A stretch of 61,240 nt of DNA, filler included, from Rhizaria sp. SCN 62-66 (Eukaryota), in the NCBI GenBank assembly GCA_001724265.1. It is 4 parts of 4 records of this genome, joined end to end, with 100 filler letters (N's around TTAATTAATTAA, not from the genome) between each part and the next. Parts side by side here need not be neighbours in the genome. Positions count along the whole stretch, not along the records: positions 1 to 17,465 come from MEDY01000676.1; 3 more parts are not named here. One strand, written 5' to 3'. Each line of letters begins with the position of its first letter. Positions within the stretch are counted from its first letter, which is position 1. This document shows positions 1-9,615 of this stretch, in pieces. Under the pieces are notes generated by a model that did no database searches, was not told the origin of the DNA, and was given only the letters and a program-made list of their open reading frames with translations. A program made the position numbers and the translations under genes.

Positions 1-444
1 ATCAGTGCCATCGACCTCCGGAACACTACGACAGCGATGTACACAGTGTACGATCCGTTTGTCCAGGCTGTTTCCCACATTGCTTTTAACGATGACAATT
101 CGTCATTTATTGTCAGCGGGCTAACCGAGTACGTCAAGAAAACAACTCGTATTGAATGCAACATCGATCAAATGCTGTTTTGGTCCGTTTATCCAGAATA
201 GCACGTGTTTCACGTCTCACGTCATAATATATTATTTACCCTTAATGCTAACTTGTTTTTCATACGTAGCAACACTCTGTACAAGGTTGACAGTGCTGGT
301 GTTGCCAAAGCGGTTACTAATGAGAGTGGAACATGGAACGTGGGCGTGAACCACGATGGGTACGCGACCAACTCCATTTTCATTAGTCACGACACAGTGT
401 TTAGTACAAACAGCAAGGGTGGTGTGTCTATTAACACAATTTGA
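1..444 (+). CDS. 3' end of a WD40-like repeat protein (partial; exons <1-128, 270-444)
   Basis: Frame 1 reads ISAIDLRNTTTAMYTVYDPFVQAVSHIAFNDDNSSFIVSGLT, which is WD40-like. Intron 129-269 (GTACGT...GCTAAC...TAG, 141 nt) splices in frame to DNTLYKVD...HDGYATNSIFISHDTVFSTNSKGGVSINTI, ending at TGA. Confidence 0.55.
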
Positions 445-788
445 AGCATAATTCGAAATGCTAATATATTTTTTTCAAAAGGCAGATGACAAGGGTACTG
501 TACAGACCGATAAATTGACGGTTCGGGGGAAGAAGATGATGTGTGTCGATACAATGTGTGTACACACACTGAGAGTGTTGCTTTCTCCTTCGTGCCAGCG
601 TATTTTAAAAGAATAACCTGAAGACAAAATGTATGACAATACGGCGTTTATTTGTTTTGTAGGCGGATGACTACCGTGACTAGTTTGAACATTTAGGAAT
701 GAATAAAACCTTAACAAAGTTCAATATACATGCAGTCAATTACCCATGTCATTTTGTTTCGCTGTCGTGAGCGTCACCACACTCTCTC

Positions 789-3689
789 TCACACGGCTGT
801 AGCGGCAAATCCTTCTCTCAAAGTGAATAGCTTGACAAGCGGCGCATCAATGATTGGATAGCGTGCCGTGCGCAGCAGCACGAGGCCCCACGCAAACGAC
901 GAGAACCAGAGTGACGTGAAGGTGTTTGGAACGTAACGTCGCACGACGATGGGGTGCGGCACGGGCAGCACACCCACCGCGGTGCATTCGCTCAGCATCG
1001 CCAGCGCAGCTGCCACGGGCACGGGGCCCGCGGCGTCATGGCTCAACCGCAGCAGGCGCGGCTGTACGAATTCAATCAGCCGCAGCGTTGTCGCCAGCGG
1101 TAGTTTGCTCTGCCACGCGCACGCCCATTCGCTCGTCGGACGCCACCGTGTTGTTACCGCCACTGTTGCAGCGAGCGCTGTCGCGGCAGTGCCTGACGCC
1201 GGTGCGGCGGGAGCAGCCTTCGCGGCTCTGATGCTCGCAGTAATAATGGCAGCAGCAGCAGCGACAGGCGTTGCTTCTGCAGCAATAGGCGCGCTTTGCG
1301 CGGCGGCGACGGAAGCATCTGCAGCGGCAAGATCCGCCTGCGATGGCAGCTGCAGCGGCGATCGGAGGGCGAAAAACGTGCGCGGCGAGCGCGCAATGGC
1401 GTAGACAAGGGCTGTTGATCCGGCGTATTGATACTGGAGCAAATTGTTGAAGGCTTCGAGCAGCAGCGCCAGGTGCGCGTGGTTATGTGAGTTGGCAAGC
1501 AGAAAGCGCGGCGCAGCCAGCGTCTCAAACAGCTCCACGAGACGCAGCGCCGTAGGCAGTGCAATACGCATGCAGAAAGGCGAGAGGTTGGCGAGCACTG
1601 TGAGCACGACTGAGAGCAGCGAGTCAAGCAAGTTGGGCGCGGCCGCGATCAGAGCGTGCATTGTGATGATAAGCGTATCAGCGTAACTTATCGATGTGCC
1701 GGCCAGCGCTGCCATTTCAGGCCCTAGTGGCAAGTCGTGCGGATACGAGGCGTTAAGCGCGACACAAAAAGATCGTTCGCCACAGAGGCGCAGCAGTAAA
1801 AACACGCACATGTACGTCACCACCACCTTGGCAGGGTCGGCGCGCGCCTCGGCCAGAAAGAATAGCAGCGGGCGTGCGAGGCGCGGCGCGTCGAGCGTGG
1901 CGGTGGCGTCACGCATAATCGCGGGTGAAAGGTCAAGCAGATGCCAGAGCAGCGCTAGAAGCTCCTGCTCGCAACGCACGCGCTTGACCGAGTTGGGCAG
2001 CCACGCAGTGGCTGCCTCGAGCGGGTTCCCCAGCAGCTCGCACAGCCCCAGCAGCGTTACTCGCCGGTCTTCGACTGAGAACTGCGCCAACATTAGCCGC
2101 AGCACGTTTACCGGCGCGCCCGCGCGCGGCGCCGGCGGTAGCGCTGGAGTCAATGCCGCGCTCACGACCGCAGCCAGCGTCGGTGGCAATGAGCCAGCGG
2201 TTGATGAGCTCATGCCGTTCGTACCACCGACCGCAAGCATAAGCGCGGCTTCGCGGCCTAATTCGTCGCCGGAGGCGGTAGTGGCGGTGATTGCAGCGGG
2301 GTTGGAGCTTGCGCCGGGGCCGGTGCCGTCAGCAGCAGCGGCGAGCGCGGCGGTGGTTGATGCCTGCGCCGCCGCGCACGCCGCGGCGAGCGCGGCTGCG
2401 ACGCCCGCAGAGCCAACGGGCGCGCATTGCGCGGGGTCAAAGTCGAGCGCGGCGAGGAGCAAACCGAGAGCGAGCGTGACGAGGGGCCCACGTTGGTCAC
2501 CGGCGACTGAGTGTGCGTAGGGCAAGTAGGACAACACTTGACCGGCAGGGCAGTAAGCGAGCACTGCGTTGAGCAGCGACACAAACAGCGTTGGCGCCAT
2601 TGCGTGTGCCGGTGCGCATAGCTCCAGCAAGTACGGATTCGGCACAGTGCGATATGTTGCAGATGGGCGATATACGGGCGCAGAGCATGCGGCAAGTAAA
2701 CAGCGCAGCAACTCGACGCGGTTGCGGTCAAACGCATCGCGCGCCGAAGACTTTAACACGCGCGGACCAACGCCGCTGAACCATACCTTGCCCAGGTGCA
2801 CGTACAGCTCCAGCTCGCCCCCCGATGCGGCAGCAAATGTGGCATCTGTGGCGGCTTCGGCAAACGAGTCTACAGCCACGTCAGCTTCGGAGGCAAACAG
2901 GCCGCTGCCGCGCGCCGAATCCAAGGGCGCGAGCCTGCCGCTAGGCAGCGAGGGTCCTGCAGCACCGCCCAGCGGAGGAAATGCACCAGTTGTAGCTGCA
3001 GGGGCACCGACCGTCGCGGCGGAGACTGCTGCGGTAACGGCGTCACTGGCGGACGAAGCAGCAAGCGCTGCGCGGCGTGATGAGGCGTAGACCGCGGCAT
3101 TACCAGCGGCGGGCGTGGAAAAGGGAACCCTGCCGGTAAGGCCAGAGGGCCCCATGGTGAAACCGACGAGAAAGAGCGCGGCGGTGAGCAAGCGTACTGT
3201 CTGTGCACCGGGCACCAGCTGGGAAATCTTCGCGCCGGGGCCTGCGTAGAGCGCTACCAGCTCGCGGTGCGAGCGTTGTACGTCATCCCTACTTTCGCCG
3301 GGCAGGCGTGGGAGACGGAAGCTCCACATAAACAGCCGCTCGAAAGCATCTGGCGCTGAGACTAGCACAGTGAGGCAGCGTGTGAGGATGCGAACGGCCA
3401 ACAGCAGCGAGCCATGTGCTGACGTGTCAACCGGCTGCAGGGGCGAGAAAACACAATTGGCAATCGTGGACAGACACTGACACACAAGCGCGGCCATGTT
3501 AAACGGGATGGTTGCCTTGAGTTTGCGCAGGAAGTTAAGCGAGAAGAGCTTCCAGATCAATTCCTCAGGTGCGTTTTCAATCTCCCACAACGGCGCCCAC
3601 TCAGCCCGCGTGCGCATAGGCGCCGCCAACAGCGAGTTGGCAAACGCCTCGAACTGTTCCTGTGCAAGAACGGAGTTGGATCCGCCCAT
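789..3689 (-). CDS. HID1: HID1/Ecm30 family Golgi protein
   Basis: 966-aa ORF. N-terminal MGGSNS is a myristoylation-type start. Motifs LLLEAFNNLLQYQYAGSTALVYAI and LPVPHPIVVRRYVPNTFTSLWFSSFAWGLV...VKLF match the HID1 C-terminus. Ends TGA. Confidence 0.9.
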   Translation of the reverse strand: MGGSNSVLAQEQFEAFANSLLAAPMRTRAEWAPLWEIENAPEELIWKLFSLNFLRKLKATIPFNMAALVCQCLSTIANCVFSPLQPVDTSAHGSLLLAVRILTRCLTVLVSAPDAFERLFMWSFRLPRLPGESRDDVQRSHRELVALYAGPGAKISQLVPGAQTVRLLTAALFLVGFTMGPSGLTGRVPFSTPAAGNAAVYASSRRAALAASSASDAVTAAVSAATVGAPAATTGAFPPLGGAAGPSLPSGRLAPLDSARGSGLFASEADVAVDSFAEAATDATFAAASGGELELYVHLGKVWFSGVGPRVLKSSARDAFDRNRVELLRCLLAACSAPVYRPSATYRTVPNPYLLELCAPAHAMAPTLFVSLLNAVLAYCPAGQVLSYLPYAHSVAGDQRGPLVTLALGLLLAALDFDPAQCAPVGSAGVAAALAAACAAAQASTTAALAAAADGTGPGASSNPAAITATTASGDELGREAALMLAVGGTNGMSSSTAGSLPPTLAAVVSAALTPALPPAPRAGAPVNVLRLMLAQFSVEDRRVTLLGLCELLGNPLEAATAWLPNSVKRVRCEQELLALLWHLLDLSPAIMRDATATLDAPRLARPLLFFLAEARADPAKVVVTYMCVFLLLRLCGERSFCVALNASYPHDLPLGPEMAALAGTSISYADTLIITMHALIAAAPNLLDSLLSVVLTVLANLSPFCMRIALPTALRLVELFETLAAPRFLLANSHNHAHLALLLEAFNNLLQYQYAGSTALVYAIARSPRTFFALRSPLQLPSQADLAAADASVAAAQSAPIAAEATPVAAAAAIITASIRAAKAAPAAPASGTAATALAATVAVTTRWRPTSEWACAWQSKLPLATTLRLIEFVQPRLLRLSHDAAGPVPVAAALAMLSECTAVGVLPVPHPIVVRRYVPNTFTSLWFSSFAWGLVLLRTARYPIIDAPLVKLFTLREGFAATAV

Positions 3690-3903
3690 TAGTTCTTTGC
3701 GCGGTCGGCGGGTCTAAAGCAATCACGTGCGTGCGGTACAGCCGACGGAAGGAGATGTGTGAGAGAGGGGATTTTTCGCAAGGGTTGGAAGAAGGAACAG
3801 ATTTAACTAAATTGAACACGGCAATCCGTTGCTTAGAATGCGAACCACCACACGGGGGGTCGGCAAAAAAAATTACGTTACGCCGTGGGCAGTAACATCT
3901 TAC

Positions 3904-4070
3904 ATTTTACTAATTCAGTATCAACTCGCCATATTTCACCAGGATCAAACGCACTCCGGTGCTCGCTCGGGGGAAAAAGCACGCCAACTTGTTGGCGTGA
4001 TTCCCGAGCGAGCACCGGAGTGCGTTTGATCCTGGTGAAATATGGCGAGTTGATACTGAATTAGGAAAAT
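3904..4070. repeat. Long near-perfect inverted repeat (foldback; MITE or hairpin-RNA candidate)
   Basis: 3910-3971 is the exact reverse complement of 4003-4064 (62 bp). Inner stem CACGCCAAC-TT-GTTGGCGTG at 3980-3999. Outer extension ATTTT/AAAAT follows one mismatch. Confidence 0.9.
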
Positions 4071-4489
4071 CTCAAATGATGGGCTGCGGGGAGGGGTTGA
4101 TCAGTTGAACACTCTAGATTACTGGTTGCTTCGATGACGGATAGCAACGGGTCTCCGCTCGATACAGCTCTTGTTTCTTCGTCGCGACCGGGAATTAGTG
4201 TTCGTTCTAGCGACTAATACCAGGTCCTAAGATTGGAATGTTATGATGTCTTGTGTTGCTTTATGCGGATTTGTGCAGGCATTTTTATTCCCCAATTCGC
4301 CAAGTCATGAGGCAAACCTGACGTCTGTTTCTGGTCTTCAACGGAATGGGAACGGCCCCCTCAAGGCTTATTCCGACAAGGAAAAATACGCGCATAGTGA
4401 TTGTCACCGGGAATATAATCAAACAGCATAGCTTATTAATTTCATGCAAGTATAATGTTTGTATTTCTTCCTGTACATTCATTGTTATT

Positions 4490-5830
4490 ACCCCTAACTC
4501 CTGGCCTCTCTGTCTACTCTCTCTTTGGACCCTCCATACTGCTCTGCACAAAAGGTCATGGCGTTCCTTGCAGACTGCAAAAGGTGCGCACAAAACCTCA
4601 CTTGCGACGGAGAGACTTGTCCCGTACCTTTTTGAGCTGCGAGCTCCGCGTTGGTTATGCCGAGCATCTTCCTAAACCTCTTGATCGCGAAGAGCATTGC
4701 CGGCGTGGACTTGAGCACGAAGAGCATCGCCTGCATGCGCGACATCATCTTGGCGGCCGAGACCCCCTTGCGACGAACGTCGACTCCGCTCACGTCTTTC
4801 GAGCAGCCCGCAAGCGCGTAGAGAAAGTCATGCTGGCGCAGCCAAGCGTGATATGACTTGATGACGTGAGGTCGATCGAGTAGCTGGAGCAGGGACGTCC
4901 CGTAGACAGGGACGTGAAGTAGCGTCACGTCGTTGTGATAACACCACTTGCGGAGCGACGCCCTGGGGTGGCTGCAAGCGGAGTCGCAGATGGGCACCAT
5001 GGCACAGTTCTTGGAGCGGCCCACGAGCGTTGTGTCGCGCAGGAGCTGCACGTGCTCGGTGAATATCTCGCCGGTTGACATGTGCTGCTATTCACCTGAA
5101 CGATCATGTTGGACGGAGGGTTCGCGCACTCCGTCTCGTTGTAGTTCAAAAATTCTTGGACACGGTATTCATGTCTGTGTGGCGCTCGGAGTACTTTAGC
5201 CCCGCATTGATTGTCTTCTGCGCTACAATGTCAAGAGCTTCCTTTACTGTCTTCGTCGCGTCAGACAAAGTCTCTGGCTCAGCAGCACGCGCGACTTCGG
5301 TCGCGGGCGCAAGCGCAGGAAGAACACCATCCTCTTGTTCCTCTTCTTCGTCGTCGCCGTCGTCGCGCGCGCTTGTCTTGCTCTAGGTCGCCCACCGGCC
5401 CTTGCGCGAGCAACACCACAACGCATTACCTGCTTGGTGGCCGTATCAGCGGCGAGCGCGGCAATAAAAAGGTTGCGAAGCAAGAGGTGGGGGTGGTCAA
5501 GTGGCCTGCAAGCTACCGTGAGCCGGGTGACATCAAGTCATTGGAGCACATCGATTCTCGGTCTCGCTGACCGCACAGGGGCAAAGGCATCTGAGGCCTA
5601 CTTTGACGCAGTCTACGCGGCATACAATGAGACTATGCTTTACCACCCCTGCGCGAGCAGTTGCGTTGACAGGGTCGATGGCACGGTTCTTGACGAAGTC
5701 GACAACGTCCTCAAGGAGGGCAGCAAGAGCAGCTTCTAGACGCAGATCCTTATTATCAGCAAAGCGAGCGCGCGCCGCCGCAAGCGCGCCGCCAAGACTC
5801 GGCGCGGCCCGGCGCAAGTAAAGCGCAAGC
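4490..5830 (-). mobile_element. Decayed pogo/Tigger-like (DDE_1) transposase pseudogene
   Basis: ORF 4494-5081 has ICDSACSH...VTLLHVPVYGTSLLQLLD, resembling DDE_1 D..SH...LPP.TTS.LQPLD. A different frame upstream has RILNYNET (N.DET motif with D->N). 5533-5817 has LEAALAALL, weakly CENP-B HTH-like. Frameshifted; no TIRs found. Confidence 0.55.
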
Positions 5831-6583
5831 GGAGTCGGTCCAAGAAAGAGCGACTCGCAGCCTGTTACTCTGCTGCTGCTCTCGGTTACGTGTACCGCGG
5901 CGGCAGCGACGCTATTGATGCGCTAACTGCCGCCGCGCCGCTGCTGCCCACGGTCGCCGGCCTCGGTCTCTTGCTGCTTGGCTTCATCGTTGCCGCCCCC
6001 CATACTGGACACGCGGCTCAAAGTAACGATGTGAGAATTGGCTCTGTCGCAGGTGGCGGCGTGTTCATGTCCGGCAGTGGCCTAGACGGCTCTGGTCTAA
6101 CTGGCGTGGCTGGATACAAGGCAAATGAGCCGTATTTGTCGGTGGCGGCGGCGTCAGCAGCTGGTGTCGTCGTCGTCGGCGCGAGTCATGCGCTCGGCGG
6201 CGGCGGCAGATAATAACCGTGACTCCCGTGTTGTGGCCGCGGCGGGACAGGTCTACATCGCCGCAGGCCCCGAACTAATCGCGTCACACACCACTGCCGC
6301 GGGCGCGAGGCAAGGGATGCTGTATTTTGTCGACCTCTTAACTTGAACAAAACCCGGAGTTCAGTCATGTTAACCAGTATATAAGGGGCTGAATATGGTT
6401 ATGTTAGAATAAACAACACGTTTTGATTCATATACTTTTGTTAATTGCATGATTGATTTGTATTTTCAGAGTGCATGACTATGTGACCTCTATATGGAAA
6501 CGTCAATCAATCCATCGGTCAGCATGTCGATAGTCGCACGTATTTCGCAGGGTTTGCAACACAGCAGAAAGGCATCAATCCGA

Positions 6584-7425
6584 TCAGAGCTCCATCTTAG
6601 GGAGTGCGGCATGAAGGAGATCAGCAACTTCGACGTTCTCAGCACCAACTGCGAGGTCCAATGGGGTGTCACCAATGTTGTTGGGAACGCGGATCATGTC
6701 AGGAGCAGCAGTGAGTAGAAGCTCGACAACATCAAGGTGGTCCTTGAATGCAGCACTACAAGGGATAGATAGGCAATAAAAAGGGACAAATAAGGTTTAG
6801 ACAAAGGATAAGAAGATGCAGTACACACACATCAAGGAGAAAACAATACATAGAGCAAACACCTCGTCCGACTATACCATTAAAAAAGTGAGTGGACTCG
6901 CGTCGTAATGTACCGAGAAAGAGGGGTGTCACCGTCTGATGTCTGGACGCGGGGGTCCGCACCAGCGGCGAGAAGCTCGCGGACAATTTCCGTGCGGCCC
7001 GTGCCAGAGGCGAGCACAAGCGCGCTCCAGCCGTCGCGGTTGGCGGCGTTGACGTCGGCCTTAGCAGAGATAAGCTGGCGGACAATGTCACCGTGACCCT
7101 GTTGCGCAGCGCGCATTAGCGCTGTGCCGCCATTGGAGTTGCGCACGTTGACGTCAGCGCCAGCGGCAATGAGCATATCAGTAATCGAGGCGTGGCCCGC
7201 GACGGCGGCCCAGATGAGCGGAGTCCACCCGTCGTTGTCCTGATGGTTGAGCGCGGCGGCGTCAGGGCCGGCAAGAATGGACTTGACCAGCTCACTGTCG
7301 CCCTCGTCGCACGCCTTGGACAGCGCAGTCGTGCCGTCGGCGTTGATGTCAAAAGCAAGCGCCATCAGCGGGGCGGTAACCAGAGCCAGCACGACGACCA
7401 GAAAAGTCACGACGGAGAAGCGCAT
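6584..7425 (-). CDS. Signal-peptide ankyrin-repeat protein with C-terminal KMEL (exons 7425-6914, 6755-6584)
   Basis: Hydrophobic N-terminus MRFSVVTFLVVVLALVTAPLMALA. Repeats GTTALSKAC, GWTPLIWAA, GGTALMRAA, GWSALVLAS. Intron 6913-6756 (GTACAT...TAG) restores GDTPLSRAAFKDHLDVVELLL. Exon 2 continues GDTPLDLAV...AALPKMEL-TGA and is absent from the ORF track. Confidence 0.85.
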
Positions 7426-7964
7426 CGCGTTGCACACACTGTTTGCAGCAGCAAATCGGATAGTATGAAAGAGCAGACAGATTTGTCGTCAAATGAAGGT
7501 TCCAAGATGAAATAAAAAATAGGATGCAAATGCGCTCATATAGAAATAAAAAAACGACCATATATCCACATTAACGGTCACAACTAGGCTCACGTCCTTT
7601 GCAAACATTGCTAACCAATCACGACAAGAGGACCGACAAACTCGGTCTTATCAGTCGAGCAAAGTCAAGCCGCAAGTCGAGTCCGAGGCCACAGGTCAGC
7701 TTTCTTTAGACATCCTGTAGCGAGCCGGCACGTCCGTCAAACGCAGCATGAGCACTTTGCCGGCATTGTATTGGAGCGGGTCTCTCGGATTTTCTTGTTG
7801 GTTTTTCAAATGACTTATGTCTTTCCCGTTTTGCACTTCCGTTCTGCGCAGCCTCTTCGCTCTTCTTTCTTCTCTCTGAACCTTTGCTTCGCGACCGTCC
7901 AGCTTGGCCCCGTTCGCCTGCCCGAGTCCCTTTCTGCGTTATTCTTGCGCTCCCCTTCCGCACG

Positions 7965-8934
7965 ATGCAGCACCCCCAGAGCCAGAACCAGGGCCCGATG
8001 CCCCCGCACGGCGGGCACATGGTTGCGCAGCAGCAGCAGCAGCCTTCGGGCCCCGTGCGTCTGCCTGACGAGCTGGTGATGCTCGTGGGCGAGCTGCTGC
8101 ACCCCGGCGAGCGCCGCGTGCACGCGCTGGAGAAACTCATCCGCTACCACAACTCCGTTGACGTCTTCGGCTTCCTGCTGTGGCATACGCCCGGTGTGAT
8201 GGCCGCGCTGGTGCAGGAGATCACGTTTCTCTACCCGATGCTTGACTCGCTTACCAAAGAATCATCAGGCCGCTGCTGCAACACGCTGGCGATGCTGCAG
8301 GGCGTGGCGTCCAACGCGGACGTGCGCATCCCGTTTGTGCGCTCGCAGATCTTCATGCTTGTGTACCCGTTCCTAGCAATCAAGGTTCCCAACAACACCT
8401 ACATGGACAACGTGCGCGTGACTGCGCTGGGCGTCATCGGCGCGCTCGTCCGCATGCCCGACCCCGAGGTCATCGAGGTGCTGCTGCAGTGCGAAATCTT
8501 CCCTCTGTGTCTCTCCAACATGGATTCCTCCGTCGCCATGCCCGCCGCGCTGTCGACGCTCATCCTGCTCCGTCTGCTCTCCGTTCCCAATGGCATGCAC
8601 TACGTCACGCAGAGCTACGAACGCTTCTACTTCATGCTCTCCGTGCTCGCGCGCGTTGCACAGCGCATCGACTCGCAACGTCTCGCGCGCTATCTCATCG
8701 GCTGCTACGCCAAGCTCGCCGCAAGTGTGTCGCCCCAGGCGCGTCTGACTCTGCGCCAGCTGATCCCACCCATCATGCGCGACGACTCGCTGCTCGCCTT
8801 CGTGGGCCAGGATGACGTGCGCGCCATGCTGCTCTAGCTCAAGGCCTTCTGCACTGAGCCCACGCTCGCGCCCGCTGCGGCTACCGCGACCGGCCAGTCC
8901 AACCCCGCCGGCATGGGCATGCAACAGGGCATCA

Positions 8935-8993
<59 letters not shown>

Positions 8994-8997
8994 CAGC

Positions 8998-9034
<37 letters not shown>

Positions 9035-9137
9035 GCAACAACAGCAACAGCAGCAGGGTCATGTTGTGCAGCAGCACCACGGTGTGCAGGTGCAGCAACA
9101 GCAGCAGGGCGGGCAGCCACAGGGCCAGCACCCCTGA
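7965..9137 (+). CDS. CNOT9: CCR4-NOT subunit 9 (Rcd1/Caf40) with in-frame TAG at 8835-8837 and a polyQ tail
   Basis: Rcd1 motifs LLWHTPGVMAALVQEITFLYP, SGRCCNTLAMLQGVASN, LVYPFL, VRVTALGVIGALVR and LLQCEIFPLCL. The frame stays open after TAG (LKAFCTEPTLAP...MGMQQGINV-Q39-...GQHP) to TGA 9135-9137. Confidence 0.9.
8940..9056 (+). repeat. CAG/CAA trinucleotide repeat encoding about 39 Gln
   Basis: Uninterrupted CAG/CAA run, in frame with CNOT9. Confidence 0.95.
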
Positions 9138-9615
9138 GCACGAAGCTTTGTAGTTGTGTAACGTGAGTTTCACAAGCACTTGTTTTGTCTTTCTTTCCTA
9201 TAGTCTCGCGTGTGCGTGGGATTTGTACTTTGTGAGTAGATTATGTAAGTAAGGTGTTGTACTGCGTCTGATGTTGTTGTATTGGTTACTCTATTATCAC
9301 ACACGAGACACACATGTTATTTCCATCTTCATTAGCTAGGTAGTCATCATAGATTTATCATAGAATAGTGAACAGCCGCAACAACAAAAAACGGTCACAC
9401 AAGCGGGCCGTGGTTGACTTTGACTGACTCTCTCTTGAACATCTCTGCTTCAGGATTCTCATCAACAGCGTATTGTAACAATACACGCATAACTATAACA
9501 ACAAAGCGAGACTCTTCATATCGTATAAATATTCAGCTCTTGATCTCATTTTTGTGCTCACATTGATCTTGAACTTCGCTATCAATCAGCGCCTTTGTGT
9601 GACATGTGATATCAC

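Noticed and set aside
199-201. In-frame TAG in the WD40-like frame 1
   Set aside because: It lies within a predicted 141-nt intron (129-269) with canonical donor, branch site and acceptor, so it is not evidence for recoding.
4491-4496. TAG ending ORF 4494-5081 as a counter-example of a TAG stop
   Set aside because: The ORF is part of a frameshifted transposase relic and an in-frame TAA follows two codons later, so it is uninformative.
5890-6346. Ala/Gly-rich ORFs next to the transposase relic
   Set aside because: Split over two frames with no clear start or family motif. Possibly a gene fragment, but unsupported.
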